A stretch of DNA of 64,000 nucleotides from Octopus bimaculoides (Eukaryota): assembly GCF_001194135.2 (NCBI RefSeq), contig NC_068981.1, forward strand, positions 62,808,193 to 62,872,192. Direction: 5' to 3'. The notes beneath the pieces were generated by a model. The model did not search any database. It was not told where the DNA came from and was given only the letters and a program-made list of their open reading frames with translations. Position 1 is the first letter of the stretch. Every line of letters starts with the position of its first letter. Shown here piece after piece: positions 49,872-61,339 of the stretch. Made by a program: the position numbers and the translations under genes.

Positions 49872-50387
49872 CTTCCGTTAATATTAAATACTTAAGCATT
49901 TGGACAAAAATCATTACTAATATCAGACGATTGCACTGGCTTCGGGTTCATTTTATGTATAGCAGGCATTAAATTGGCTTCTTTTACCAAGGTTGTCGCT
50001 GTTTAGCTCTAAATCAGTCTTCATCAAACAGATCAATGATCAATTGAGTTCCAGCAGCGATTTTTTCTTTTTTTTGTAGTTATAATGTATCCAAGGCTAC
50101 ATGTCACCCTAATACTACTTTTTAAACCGAAAGGGGGTTATCTAAGAGAATTGGTTGCTATGTCTAGCAAGTTACGAAATCATGTAGCTACGGCCTCGTT
50201 GGTTCTATTCCCTATGCAAACTTTCACATGTTCTTTGTCTGTATTAGAAGCACAGTGAAAATACTTCCCAAGTGAAGCTTTACAGCTTTCAGTTCCTTCA
50301 AACACTGCCCCTATTTTGCAGTTGTTTAACTGTTTAAATATTATGCTTACCACAAACAGTTAGTCCTTATCCACGCCAAACCTTTCA

Positions 50388-50468
<81 letters not shown>

Positions 50469-50499
50469 TCTCTCTCTCTGGATATTTCTTGTTCTTTGG

Positions 50500-50880
50500 A
50501 AGCATATTAGAGTGTACCCCACTCCCGAGAATGACAACCTCTCTGACCAAACAAAGAATTGTCATATCGACTCACTTCCAACATTGCCTCAAAGATGATG
50601 GAGACATCTATCAAGTACAAATGTATCTAGCACCTTAAATGTCTCTCTTTTTCTGTCTCTTTAATGACCACTGGTACGGCTTTTGTAAAAAGTCTATTCA
50701 TTTATCTTATGTCACTCACAGCTGGGCCCTCACTATCGAGAAATTTATAGAAAACAGAATTACTTTCAACATCAGCAAAATATTCCCCCGAATGTGGCAC
50801 ACGAAACTAGTTAAAAATGCTTGTCAATCGGCTCCAGCTGTCTCTCATCTCTTGGATCGGTAGCTATCTATCTGATTGCA
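50500..50880 (+). mobile_element. CR1/Jockey-group LINE RT fragment
   Basis: [27 protein letters not shown] and FNISKIFPRMWH (cf. LDISKAFDRVWH); same type as 43150-45085. Confidence 0.6.
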
Positions 50881-51649
50881 TCATTGAGGTGCTATTAAAT
50901 AATTTGCTGCCTTGTCCGAAAATCGAAGCCACAACCTTTCGTTTGTGAGCCTAACACTCTAACCACTAAACCACGCACTTTCATACCCGCACACATTTAT
51001 ATATTTATGTAAACGTATATGTGTGCGCGCGTTGTGCAGTTGTATGCGTGTATGTATGTATGTATGTTATCTTTGAGATCTGTCTAAGTTCTTCATGGAT
51101 TTCAAGCCGGTCACTAAAAAAGTGACAGGACTTTTTTACATTAAGACAGTTTCCGGCATTTGTAAATATGACGTTGAGTTAGTGTGCTGCATATATGTAG
51201 GTGTATGCATCTACATTTATATTCTGTGTGAACACGTTTCTTCGTGCTTAGGTGTTTGCATATGCGCGCATGTCATCGCTTTTTACATATGCATGAGTGT
51301 GTGTGTATGTATAAAACTTAAAGGTTTAATAAGATGAGGATAATTAGTATATAAAACAAAATAAAAGCATGTAAGTAACAGCAGTCGTAATTGTAACCTT
51401 CTTCCTTCTCTCTCCATTAACCATCTTTGTCTTTTTATTTATTTATTTCATCAAATTCTGGCTTCTGTAGTCGTTATCGTGGCTGATTTTATGGCTTTTG
51501 TTGATGCTTTTTATGGTTGTTGTTGTTGTTGTTGTTCCTGCTGTTGATGGTCTTGGAATGTAAACATTCTCACTCTTCTCTTTATAATGTTCGTTTTACG
51601 CCCGATTTTACTTTCTTTTTACGATTTTTTTTTCTTAAATTTAAACACA

Positions 51650-51830
51650 AGGTCAATAGTTTTTGAGGGAGGGGTTTCTTGATAACATTGACATCTGTAC
51701 TTGACTGGTACTTCAATTTATTAATCCAGAAGGGATAAAAGACAAATTTGACCTTGGTGGGATTTGAATTCGTAACATCTAGAAGCGAAACAAATAGTGC
51801 AAGAAATTTTTCTGACGCTTTAAAGATTCG
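51650..51830 (-). mobile_element. SINE family A copy
   Basis: GACTGGTACTTC..CCAGAAGGGATAAAAGACAAATTTGACCTTGG. Confidence 0.65.
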
Positions 51831-52202
51831 GAAAGACTTCCTTTTGTATCCCACCATAATTTTTTTTCTTTTAAATATTAGATATATTAGACATGGTAAA
51901 AAATTCATTTTATACCATGTCTTATAATAATAAAGATGAAAACTTCTTAAATTGCAGAAGAATTTGGCTGTCTGGCGGTTTAGCTTAAATGGTAACGCAT
52001 TCCAACCGGATATTAGAAGGATGTGAGTTCGATCCTCGTGGCTGGCTGCCGACAATTTCTTCTGCTTTTAAAAAGAAAAAAGGATTTTATCCTTTATATC
52101 TATACTGTTCGGTTCCTATGCGTTGAATAAAATTTATCTTTCTACTTGTTCTACCATATATTTCAGCGCTTCGAAAACAAACTTCTTTGTTTACATACAG
52201 CG

Positions 52203-52377
52203 TATAAAAATTAAGAATTTCTATTAAAAAAAACTTCATTTCTGTATTATATATATTCATGTCCTAGTTTGCCTAACCTTAAGGCCTAAATTGCCTAACT
52301 CTATGAAATTTGCTTAACATTGAGGCATGAATGTACAGAAATGAAGCTTTTTTAATAGAAATTCTTAATTTTTTATG
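52203..52377. repeat. 175-bp AT-rich element with ~44-bp terminal inverted repeats (MITE-like)
   Basis: TATAAAAATTAAGAATTTCTATTAAAAAAAACTTCATTTCTGTA (52203-52246) versus TACAGAAATGAAGCTTTTTTAATAGAAATTCTTAATTTTTTATG (52334-52377). Confidence 0.8.
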
Positions 52378-52839
52378 ACTTTTTCATTATTATTATTATT
52401 ATAAGATATGGTAGGAAATCAATTTTCCACCATGTCTAATATTTTTTTTTAAATTTTATGGAGGGGTACAAACGGAAGTATCTCCAGCGATTTAACCAAG
52501 CCACAAGATCTCAAATTTGAGCGGGGCCTATAGTCAATTATGTGGTCCCTAGTACATTAGTGGTATTCATTTCGCCTGACCTGTTAAAAATAGCAGCATT
52601 ACAAAAATTTCTTGCATTACACACTGTTGTCTTTAAAAGTGGAGGAAGATGCTTTGAATAGTGTAATCCTATGATATATCATGTTGTAAAGTGAAAGAAA
52701 GGCGGGATGATGATGGCTGGAGTGTCTTCCATCATAGATTTGCTTGATCAGTTGACTTGTTGCTAAACAACAACGACAGCAACAACAATGCCAAGGACTG
52801 ATAACTTTTTTTACCGACACCAGGGATAGATGAGAAACA

Positions 52840-52922
52840 AAGGAGGTGGGGGGGGGAAGAAAAAGGAAGGAAGGAAGGAAGGAAAAGAAATAGAGAAAAA
52901 AAGAAATGAAAGAAACAAACAT

Positions 52923-52953
<31 letters not shown>

Positions 52954-53320
52954 AATGGAAAAGGGAAGAAGGAAAGAAAAAGAAATGAAAGAAGAATGAA
53001 ATGCAGAAAAAAGAAAACAAAAGAAAAATGAAGGAGAAAGAAAGAAATGGAGAAAGAAAGAAAGAAACAAACAAACAAATGAAGGAAGGAAGGAAGGAAA
53101 GAACAAAAGAAAAAGAAAAAGAAAGAATGTAAGGAATGGGTGTAAGAACAGTGAAAGATGGAAGAAGAAAATGAAGGCAGATTGAAGCATGAAATATGGT
53201 AAGAATAAAGTAAATAAAGACTTCGAAAAGAAAAGAAGACAAGACACAAAGAATGAATGAGCAGCGGAAAAGTGTAAAGGAAAACAAGAATGAGTTGAAT
53301 TTGTAATGATAACAAAAATG
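52840..53320. repeat. Purine-rich low-complexity tract ((AAAG)n, (GGAA)n, (AAAC)n)
   Basis: Direct inspection; it explains the long F/L/S-rich minus-strand ORFs. Confidence 0.9.
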
Positions 53321-53437
53321 GGGTGGAAAGTTTCAGAAATAGCAGAATCAACACACTCTTTAACTAGATGTCTAGACAGAATAGCAAGTGCATCGCCTCT
53401 GTGTGTGTGTATGTGTGCGTACAAACATATACTTACT

Positions 53438-53475
<38 letters not shown>

Positions 53476-53802
53476 CATATGTATGCCGCCATTTTGGAGG
53501 AATCTTTTGTTTGTTTTTCGTATTGGGGAATTCCTGTCTTGGAAAAGGTTGGTTGGTCGATGGATTTAAGCATCAGATACCAGGCACCGTGCCAACGTAA
53601 ACAGGAACAGCAGTATAAAATAGATAGAGATACGGAGAGAGAAGGAGAAAGTGCGTGTGTGTGTGTGACATGTATGTGTGTAGAAACTGCAGATAAATAG
53701 AGAAAAATGGAGACAGTCGTTAATGTTACTATTGCTTAGCCTCATGTTCAGCAGACCTTTGTGCTCCAACCATGATCGACTCCATTTTTTGTATATTTAA
53801 GC

Positions 53803-53890
53803 AAGATGTGTACAACCCTTTTTAAGATGTGTACAACCCTTTTTAAGATATGTACAACCCTATTTAAGCAAGATGTGTACAACCCTTTTT
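53803..53890. repeat. 21-bp minisatellite, 4 copies (AAGATGTGTACAACCCTTTTT)
   Basis: Units at 53803, 53824, 53845 and 53870, with an AAGC spacer before the last. Confidence 0.9.
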
Positions 53891-54114
53891 GCCATAGTAC
53901 TGTGTGATATAAGATAAGCTGGCTGCTATTCTGAACGTGTCGTGCAATCGCGTAAAGGCTTCCCTCTTGCTTCGAGATAGTCGAGATGGAAAACATTATC
54001 TTTACTTGCTTTCTAAAGTTCCGTCTCATTAAATTATAGAAGGGTATAATGTAGTGATGACGTAGATGGATGAACGGACAGACGGGCGGAAAGACTGGAA
54101 GATAGACCTATAGA

Positions 54115-54156
<42 letters not shown>

Positions 54157-54187
54157 AGTTGAGAGAGAGAGAAATGTATTATATAAT

Positions 54188-54582
54188 GTTTGTTAGATAA
54201 TTTGAATAACCACATGACTCCGGGTTCAGTCTCACTGCGTGACACCTTGGGCAAGTGTCTCCCACTATAGCCTCGGGCCGATCAAAGCCTTGTAAGTGGA
54301 TTTGGTAGGCGGAAACTGAAAGAAGCCTGTCGTATGTATGTATGTATGTGTGTATATGTTTGTGTGTCTGTGTTTGTCCCCCCCCCCCAACATCGCTTGA
54401 CAACCGATGCTGGTGTGCTTACGTCCCCGTAACTTAGCGGTTCGGCAAAAGATATCGATAGAATAAGTACTAAGCTTACAAAGAATAAGTCCTGAGGTCG
54501 ATTTGCTCGACTAAAGGCGGTGCTCCAGCATGGCCACAGTCAAATGACTGAAACAAGTAAAAGAGTAAAGAGTAAAGAGTAT
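54188..54582 (+). mobile_element. SINE family B, best-preserved copy; internal (TATG)n and (AAAGAGT)n tail
   Basis: CCGGGTTCAGTCTCACTGCGTGACACCTTGGGCAAGTGTC..GGAAACTGAAAGAAGCC..CCCCGTAACTTAGCGGTTCGGCAAAA..CAGCATGGCCACAGTC. Confidence 0.9.
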
Positions 54583-54914
54583 AACCTTTTTTGGTGAGTG
54601 GTAAAACATATTTGTTAGATATTCGTAAAGAGAAATCGATTTGACTTTTTCAATGTTTTCATAATCCTTCATCAGAGAAAAATAGCCTACCTACTGAGTC
54701 CTAGGAAATATTAGTAACGTTTAGCTATTCATAATGTATACAAACTCGGACATTGCTAATCAGATCTAGTTAATTTGCATAAGAAAGATGATTATAACGA
54801 TATCATTGATTAAATGAAATGAATGACATAGCGGTTTGGGATGATTTTGAATATAATGTATTGCGTAATAAAGAGACATATTGATTATAAGACCTAACGA
54901 GTGTTATTGTGTAA

Positions 54915-55120
54915 TAATCCTTTCTGATATAGGCACAATGCCTGGAATTTTTGGAACATGGGGGTTATTCAATTGCATCGTCCCAGCGCTTGACTCAATC
55001 GACCTCGAAAAAATAAAAGGTAAAGTGGACTTCGGCAGAATTTGCATTCAGAACGAAAGGACAGACAAAATACCACTAACCATTTTGTTCGTCGCGGTAC
55101 CGCCAGCTCATCGCTTTGTG
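54915..55120 (-). mobile_element. SINE family A copy
   Basis: ATCGACCTCGAAAAAATAAAAGGTAAAGTGGACTTCGGCAG..GCCAGCTCATCGC. Confidence 0.7.
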
Positions 55121-56179
55121 TTATTGTGTAATAATATTACATTATGTAATATTGGCAAATTACCCCGAAACGACTTGTAGCCACGTCTGTTAATCGGGTT
55201 ATGCTACATTAATCCCTATCAAGCCTATTTGATTCACTTATTTCTGTCAACTCCATTGCAGTTACATACATTTCATACATATACACACCCATACAAACAA
55301 ATACACGTATATGTTTGCTTATACTCGCACATACATACATATATATCATAAAAATAAACAAAGGTCTTTTCCTAGCCATTGACTCATAAGGCCGGTTTTC
55401 AGGATTCTCTATCATATAATTCAAGAGAGTGCATGACCGAAAACGTGAGTCTCAGTCAAATACTGAGAGCGATTTAATCAACGAAACATCTCCCTTAAAT
55501 TTCAGGCTTTGTGCCTATACTGTACACAATTCTTGTTGTTGTTGATTGCCATGAACTGACGTTTGTTATAGACATCCCAAAGAAATTGGAATTTTACATT
55601 TTTCTTACTATTTTATCAAGGGAACATTTTTATGACCACTTCGTTTGCTTTGGGATGAAAAATTAGGGTTTGTGTTTAGACATCTTCATATTTGGTAAAC
55701 ATTCTATACTATGTTTTCTAGATGGCCCCTTCTTATGAAGGCGCGGGAAGAGGTATTCACCACAGTTTTTGTATCTTTAATGTAAACAGGTATTCCTCAA
55801 AGCGTTTAATTAAACACGCAGATAATTTAGACATAGTACAGCACACAAAAATGAACAGCACAGAAAATCTCCATCAATCTGAATAGTATGACATACCCGA
55901 TAGTCAGCAATTTTTACTATGCTTCACCTTTTTTTTTTTCTATCGTAAGTGCCTTCACAGACTCCCGGTTCTACTCTACTCTTGTTTTCAGCCAAGTAAG
56001 AAAGAACCTTCACCTGCCACTAAGTGGTTTATTTCTACCTTTACCTACTTGTATACTGTCCATCCATAAATTGAAATGTCCTCTAGCGTTAACATGAGTG
56101 ACTAAGTTAGGAAAAGTGTAAAAAGAAAGCCTGTAACTCTAACATTGCACTAGAAAATTTATATTAGGCAACGTTTGAA

Positions 56180-56700
56180 TATAAGTAAAAAATTCGGGGC
56201 GTTAGCATGCGTGAATATAACATAGCTTCTTTAATAGTTTATGACATTGGGAAACAAAAGATACTGAGATAAGTAAGTGTTAATATACAAAAGATACAGA
56301 GATAAGTAACAGTGTTAACGTACACCTTTTACTTATTTCTGTGTAGAAGTAAAGGTGTTGATTGAAAATAGACTCAGAAGTAGGTGCAAGTTTTATCTAA
56401 GTGGTTTAGTGCAAAACGATCTGAGAGTACTCTTATTTCAGGGTCAATGGTCATTCTAAAGGCCAAGCAGTTTCACGAAGATATGGGTACCGCAGAGGCT
56501 TGCGTGTTTTTTCCAGTTGGGTGATTTAGAAACTTTATAAGCCGGCATTCGTAAAGTTAATTTATCCCTCGAAAAGAAAAAGTATATATTGAGTTACATA
56601 TTTGATGACCTGGTTTAAAAAATGATTTAACTCTAGAAAGCAGATTTTACTGCTAATTTTTTTTTGGCTGAGTTTTAGTAATATACCGACAATATTTGAT
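56180..56700 (+). mobile_element. pogo/Tigger-type transposase relic (CENP-B-like HTH)
   Basis: LSKWFSAKRSESTLISGSMVILKAKQFHEDMG..CVFFPVG*FRNFISRH (cf. LYxWFxQKRSEGxPISGPMLxEKAKxF..GWLxxFKxRH). Confidence 0.6.
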
Positions 56701-56949
56701 AATCTGGCACTATCAAGGCCCTACGAGTACTTGAATAGCAGAACTGTATTCACACCAAACACACAAATACGTTGGACAAACACTACAAACACTGTAAGGG
56801 ATACTTCAAATGGAAACATTGTTATAACCAATAATAACAGTTTCTCTACCACGCTAGCTAAATGTTCAAGTTTGGTTGATTCCTGTAAAAGAATATATGG
56901 GAGAGTGATGTTGCAACGGCCAGAGACTCCTTGGCTTCTGGTAAGAAAG

Positions 56950-57950
56950 ATGGTAGCATACTTCTTTATTGCCAAACGTGAAGAGAGCTTCTATATGATT
57001 TACAAAATAATAGACAAAAGAGGTCTTGGTCGATGTTTGGAACGATGTTAGTTCTATATACCAAGTAGGGATACATGGAAATGCATGCCTGATTTTTAAA
57101 AACAGTGGACAAGGCGAAGCGATAGGCAACACCAGTATCCGTACTCCTTCTCACAACCTCAGGCTGCAATATAATAAGCAGCGGGAGACAATAGTCACAG
57201 AGGGTGACGTTGTTCTCACATGGACTTTTTTCAGTGCAGTATGGGTAGATTGTGCGCGCTAAATGGAAGAAAATTGACATGTAATTGGGTGGGATCAGTA
57301 TGGGCATGCGGGTCTTCATGACACTCGAAACCTCAAAGCCATCTCAGAGTTGTATCCCATTGTGGGTACTTAGAAGACATTAGATTGGTGGGATAGTAAT
57401 TAAAGCCTATTTGTTACACGTATAACGGTAAGAGTCACTTGAGGACTTTCTACTCCGAGGAGCTGGAAAAGAGGAGAAAGACAAGCGGTGGACAGCAGCA
57501 AAGATAACAGCAAGAGCAGTAAGATCCGGAATATACTGGTTTACAGAGCACCACCGATCGTACTCCAATGATGGCAGAAATAATCCCTCTCTCCTCAGTT
57601 CCAGAAGTCGACAACCAGGACGCCGAAGACTTCACCCCCGTTCGGAGTAGTAACATATAATTGTCTTATGACGATGAGGAGAGAATGGATCTTGAAGCAA
57701 ATAGAAAATTCACAGAAAAGACGAATAGATGCAAACCGCAGGTGTCTAAGATGGAAAGAACAGCGAGGAATTCCCGTATGCTAGTATCAAGAAGGCGTAT
57801 CTGCTGAATGACGAAGATGAGATCCTTGTAAGTAATAGGCTAACTGATGAGGACGAACCAGGATCTGAACGCATGTACCAGAAGCGGAAAGTAGTTGGAT
57901 TCATGGGGTTACACAGAACTAAAGTAAATGGCAGCTTTTCCCCTGTGTCT
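56950..57950 (+). mobile_element. Probable LINE (Tx1/L1-type) ORF1 relic with a decayed CCHC zinc knuckle
   Basis: 57412-57453 encodes C-YT-Y-NGKS-H-LRTF-Y, where both Y codons (TAT, TAC) are one G>A change from Cys, restoring C-x2-C-x4-H-x4-C. It is followed by a Q-rich/acidic tail with in-frame TAA stops. Confidence 0.5.
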
Positions 57951-58028
57951 TGTTTAGTTGCCTCTCTTTGTTGTATGTGTAAGCATCTATGTGTGTATGA
58001 CCAGTTATTTTATGAATTTATTTGTATA

Positions 58029-58068
<40 letters not shown>

Positions 58069-58964
58069 GGAGAAATTATACAAAATAAGTGGATGATGAG
58101 TAAAGCACCGGCACAGTTTCGATTACTTGTTATCCATAGATTTATTGCAGGAACTTCGTAGTGGCGGTTGAGGTAACAGTATTAATAAAATAGATGGAAT
58201 AAAAGATTTTATTTAGTACGACACATGCTTCGACCCGTTCTAGGTCTCTTCGAGTACATAAATAAATAAAAAAATTAAGTCACGCTAGAGATTTTCTGAT
58301 TCGGTTTTACGTACGCTACATGTCCATCACATACATGCACACATACTCACACGCACGTCTGAAGGTGTAGGAACGTATCTACGCCTGCGAAGCTTGGAGT
58401 AATGTTCAAGCTGAGTCAACTTGTTATTAAATATTTATTCCAACTGCGTATATTGAGTGCTGCTTGCGTTTATTTACCTATCTACTTATATATGTAAGGT
58501 ACTGGTCAAGCTAAGGTTACATTAGTAGACACTTGCACTAGGTGCCACGTAATGAGACCTAACCTTAAACTCCTTTGTTAAGAAGCAAGTCTTAACTACA
58601 CGGCTATGCAAACAACTACCACAACCCTTTCCCAATATAATTGTTTCAATTTCAACATATGTCAAACAAGTACAACTCTGACATAATGTAGAAAAGATAA
58701 ATATAACAGAAATGTAGTGAATATATGTAATTATGAAATTGCTGTAGATGCTACGTACATTTAGCAGGTAGTGTAAGGTGACGGGATGGAACTAAGGAAC
58801 GAGACAGCGATAAACTCGGAAGGCGCGGGTGGCGGAAACAGGAAGAGAGATGTAAGGAAGGAGACGATTAATGGCTGTTGGTAGTAGTAGCAGCGGCGGT
58901 GACGGCAGCTGTAATGGCGGTAATACGGATAGTATGGTAGTAGTAATAGCTATGGTAGTAGAGA

Positions 58965-59175
58965 TTGTTGCTTAGTCCAAGAGTAGCCGTGGTCGAGCAG
59001 ACTCATGATCAAAGGTATTCCATCCGTGACCATCCTGTCTTTTTTGTGCCAAAATCTCAGCACCACATTATACAGTATTATTTTCTATGATAGTAAGTAG
59101 GATGTGATTTGAGGGAGATTTAGCTGTTGATTCTAACAGATCGAGTGACTACGTAGTGGTTCCTCTTTGGCTCGT
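58965..59175 (+). repeat. Old ~200-bp dispersed repeat (family C, unclassified); at least 10 further copies in the window
   Basis: Blocks ATGATCAAAGGTATTCCA.CCGTGACCATCC and TGATTTGAGGGAGATTT.GCTG.TATTTCTAGCAG recur near 8010(-), 8333(-), 9918(-), 14285, 14520, 24845(-), 27415, 36225(-), 49995 and 62400. Confidence 0.7.
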
Positions 59176-59499
59176 GTCAGTGGTGGTTATTGGTGATTTA
59201 GGTGGCGTCGTTATTTAGCTCCATATCAAGTCTGCTTTGAACTGACAAAGCTATCATCACAGGCGTTCCAGCCATGACCCACCAATATTTTGACCTGGCA
59301 CATTGTAACCCAAGGCCAGAGTCACCGACGTGTTCTGTTGTTGTTTTTAATATTATAAGGTTATTTAACTGCTATTTGTAGCAGGGTAAAATCGGACTCT
59401 CACTGCTATTGCTGTTTAGTCCCAGGTCAAATTTTTGTTGAATCGTGCTAATTTTGAGTAGAGCTCCAAGTGGATAAGGCTGAGGCGATGTTGTGAACT

Positions 59500-60290
59500 A
59501 GGTGAAAATTGACAGAGAGAATGTTATCTACGAAGGTTTAGGCTGAGATGGCGAACGTGTGCATCGTTTCTGTTATGTATTACCACATAACTGTCGTAAT
59601 TTGCTGCTGTTTTGCTTCTGGCAGACTGGGGCGTTCTATTCTTATGCTTCTTATGGAAGGGAAGCTTTTCACTGATCAGATTGCCCGTCTGTTTTGTTTT
59701 GTTTCTTTAACACACACTCAACACGGGTATACACTGAGGTTATCGCATCTGCAGAGATTCCCAGGCAGTGAATAGGTAAGATTGCCCTTTTTCATGCACG
59801 TTTTACTTCAGCTTGTCTCGAGGAAGCGGCTATCTTGATTCAGATGAAGACTATGACTGGACACCTGACGTTTTAAAAATTGTCGAACATTTACAGCCCT
59901 TTATCAGTTGAACAATGATTGGTATAACTTCTATGATGGCATTCTACAGGATAGTAGTGTTGGAGAAAAATAATGGTGGCTGAGAGTGACGATGTCCTCA
60001 CGGAAAATCCAGGCATTGTCAAGAACGAACTGACTAGTCTGTTCCGAATGACCTCCCGCTCGAGGACTATGGATAACTTTCAGATATCCTTGGCCTGAAA
60101 GTACTATAGGAATGCATCGACAATTCTAGATAAAGTCTACGGGCACCAAAGTGCCCTCAGCTGGACCTGTTTGAAGTGCTTGTAGCGAAAAAAAGCGGTT
60201 TGCACTCTTTCATTCGTTGTCCGAGTTATGCAGACTTGGGGAGTTTTGTCGGAAAGCTGTTGTCACGTGGAAAACAAATCTGGCTTATAA
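59500..60290 (+). mobile_element. Older Tx1/L1-type ORF2 C-terminal relic
   Basis: ANVCIVSVMYYHITVVIC is homologous to ANVFIASVITYRLTVVLC of the 48580 element. DNA at ~60030-60100 aligns with ~46335-46405. Confidence 0.7.
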
Positions 60291-60299
60291 TGTAAGTTC

Positions 60300-60472
60300 A
60301 GTCCTTCAGCAGCTCTGAAGGGCAGTTTGAGAAAATATTTCCCCAACTGAACACCGTTCTCTGTTGTATTTCGAAACTGATTGATAATATCGGCAGATTT
60401 GAAACCCCGATTCTTTCGATTCTTGCACAAAATTCTGTCGGCTTGTCCTCGTTCGTCGGCATCTTCCTATCA
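60300..60472 (-). mobile_element. Tc1-type transposase N-terminal (HTH) relic
   Basis: Across frames: GRCRRT..QADRIL..KNR.FKSADIINQFRNTT..LKLPFRA (cf. GRxRKTTxRQDRxI..KNRFxSAxDI). Confidence 0.45.
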
Positions 60473-61008
60473 CAGTAATGAAAAAAAAAAGAATAAATAT
60501 ACAAAATATATTACATTTCCTAGATATGATGGATTCATTTGATTTCATTTACGTCGGCACCAACATATTGAGGAAAGCATGAACGTCATAGAATCTCATT
60601 TCCCCCCTCCTACACAAAAAAACAAGACTTTGTAACCAGGAAAACTCCTACCTAATTAATGAATTATACATGTATTCATACGTATGAGTACTTTTCTAAT
60701 TTTGAGTATACGTGCTAGTGTTTGCTTATGCTTCTGTTTATTTGTGTATGTGTTTATGAATGAACGTTTATGTGCGCGTACGCCTATCAAGCACTTTGAG
60801 GAAACACTATGTAGTCTGACTTATCTCAAGTAGAGTTAATTAAGGAATTGCTTCTTGAAGCAATTTCTGTAGTGAGGAAATCTCTCTCCACCAATGCTTG
60901 CATGCACACACACGTGTGTGTGTGTGTGTGTGTATACGTGCGTATGTATATATGTGTACGTATGCGAACATATATGTATATGTAAGCGTTTACTTGTATA
61001 TATATATT

Positions 61009-61044
<36 letters not shown>

Positions 61045-61171
61045 NNNNNNNNNNNNNNNNNNNNNNNNNNNNNNNNNNNTATATATACAAGTAAACGCTA
61101 TATATACTACGTACACACATTCACATGTTTTCATTCACATTTATACATTCTCTCTCTCCCTTTCTCTCTTA

Positions 61172-61210
<39 letters not shown>

Positions 61211-61339
61211 TTACGCAGTTGTGTATACGCTAACACCCACATGCATGCATACATACATACATACATATTTCGCTTCACCTCGTCGAGAACAGTGTCACAA
61301 CATGTAGTTTAGTGTAACTGATTTCCGCTTAGCTCCACT

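Noticed and set aside
52617-53478. 245/248-aa minus-strand ORFs
   Set aside because: F/L/S-only products of a purine-rich low-complexity tract.
53803-53890. CRISPR-like array
   Set aside because: Units are contiguous without unique spacers, in a eukaryotic context.
57280-57420. Additional zinc knuckles (VWACGSS*HSKPQS) or a Gypsy gag-protease reading
   Set aside because: They require several non-transition changes. Only the 57412-57453 knuckle is well supported, and no LTR, PBS or DTG motif is present.
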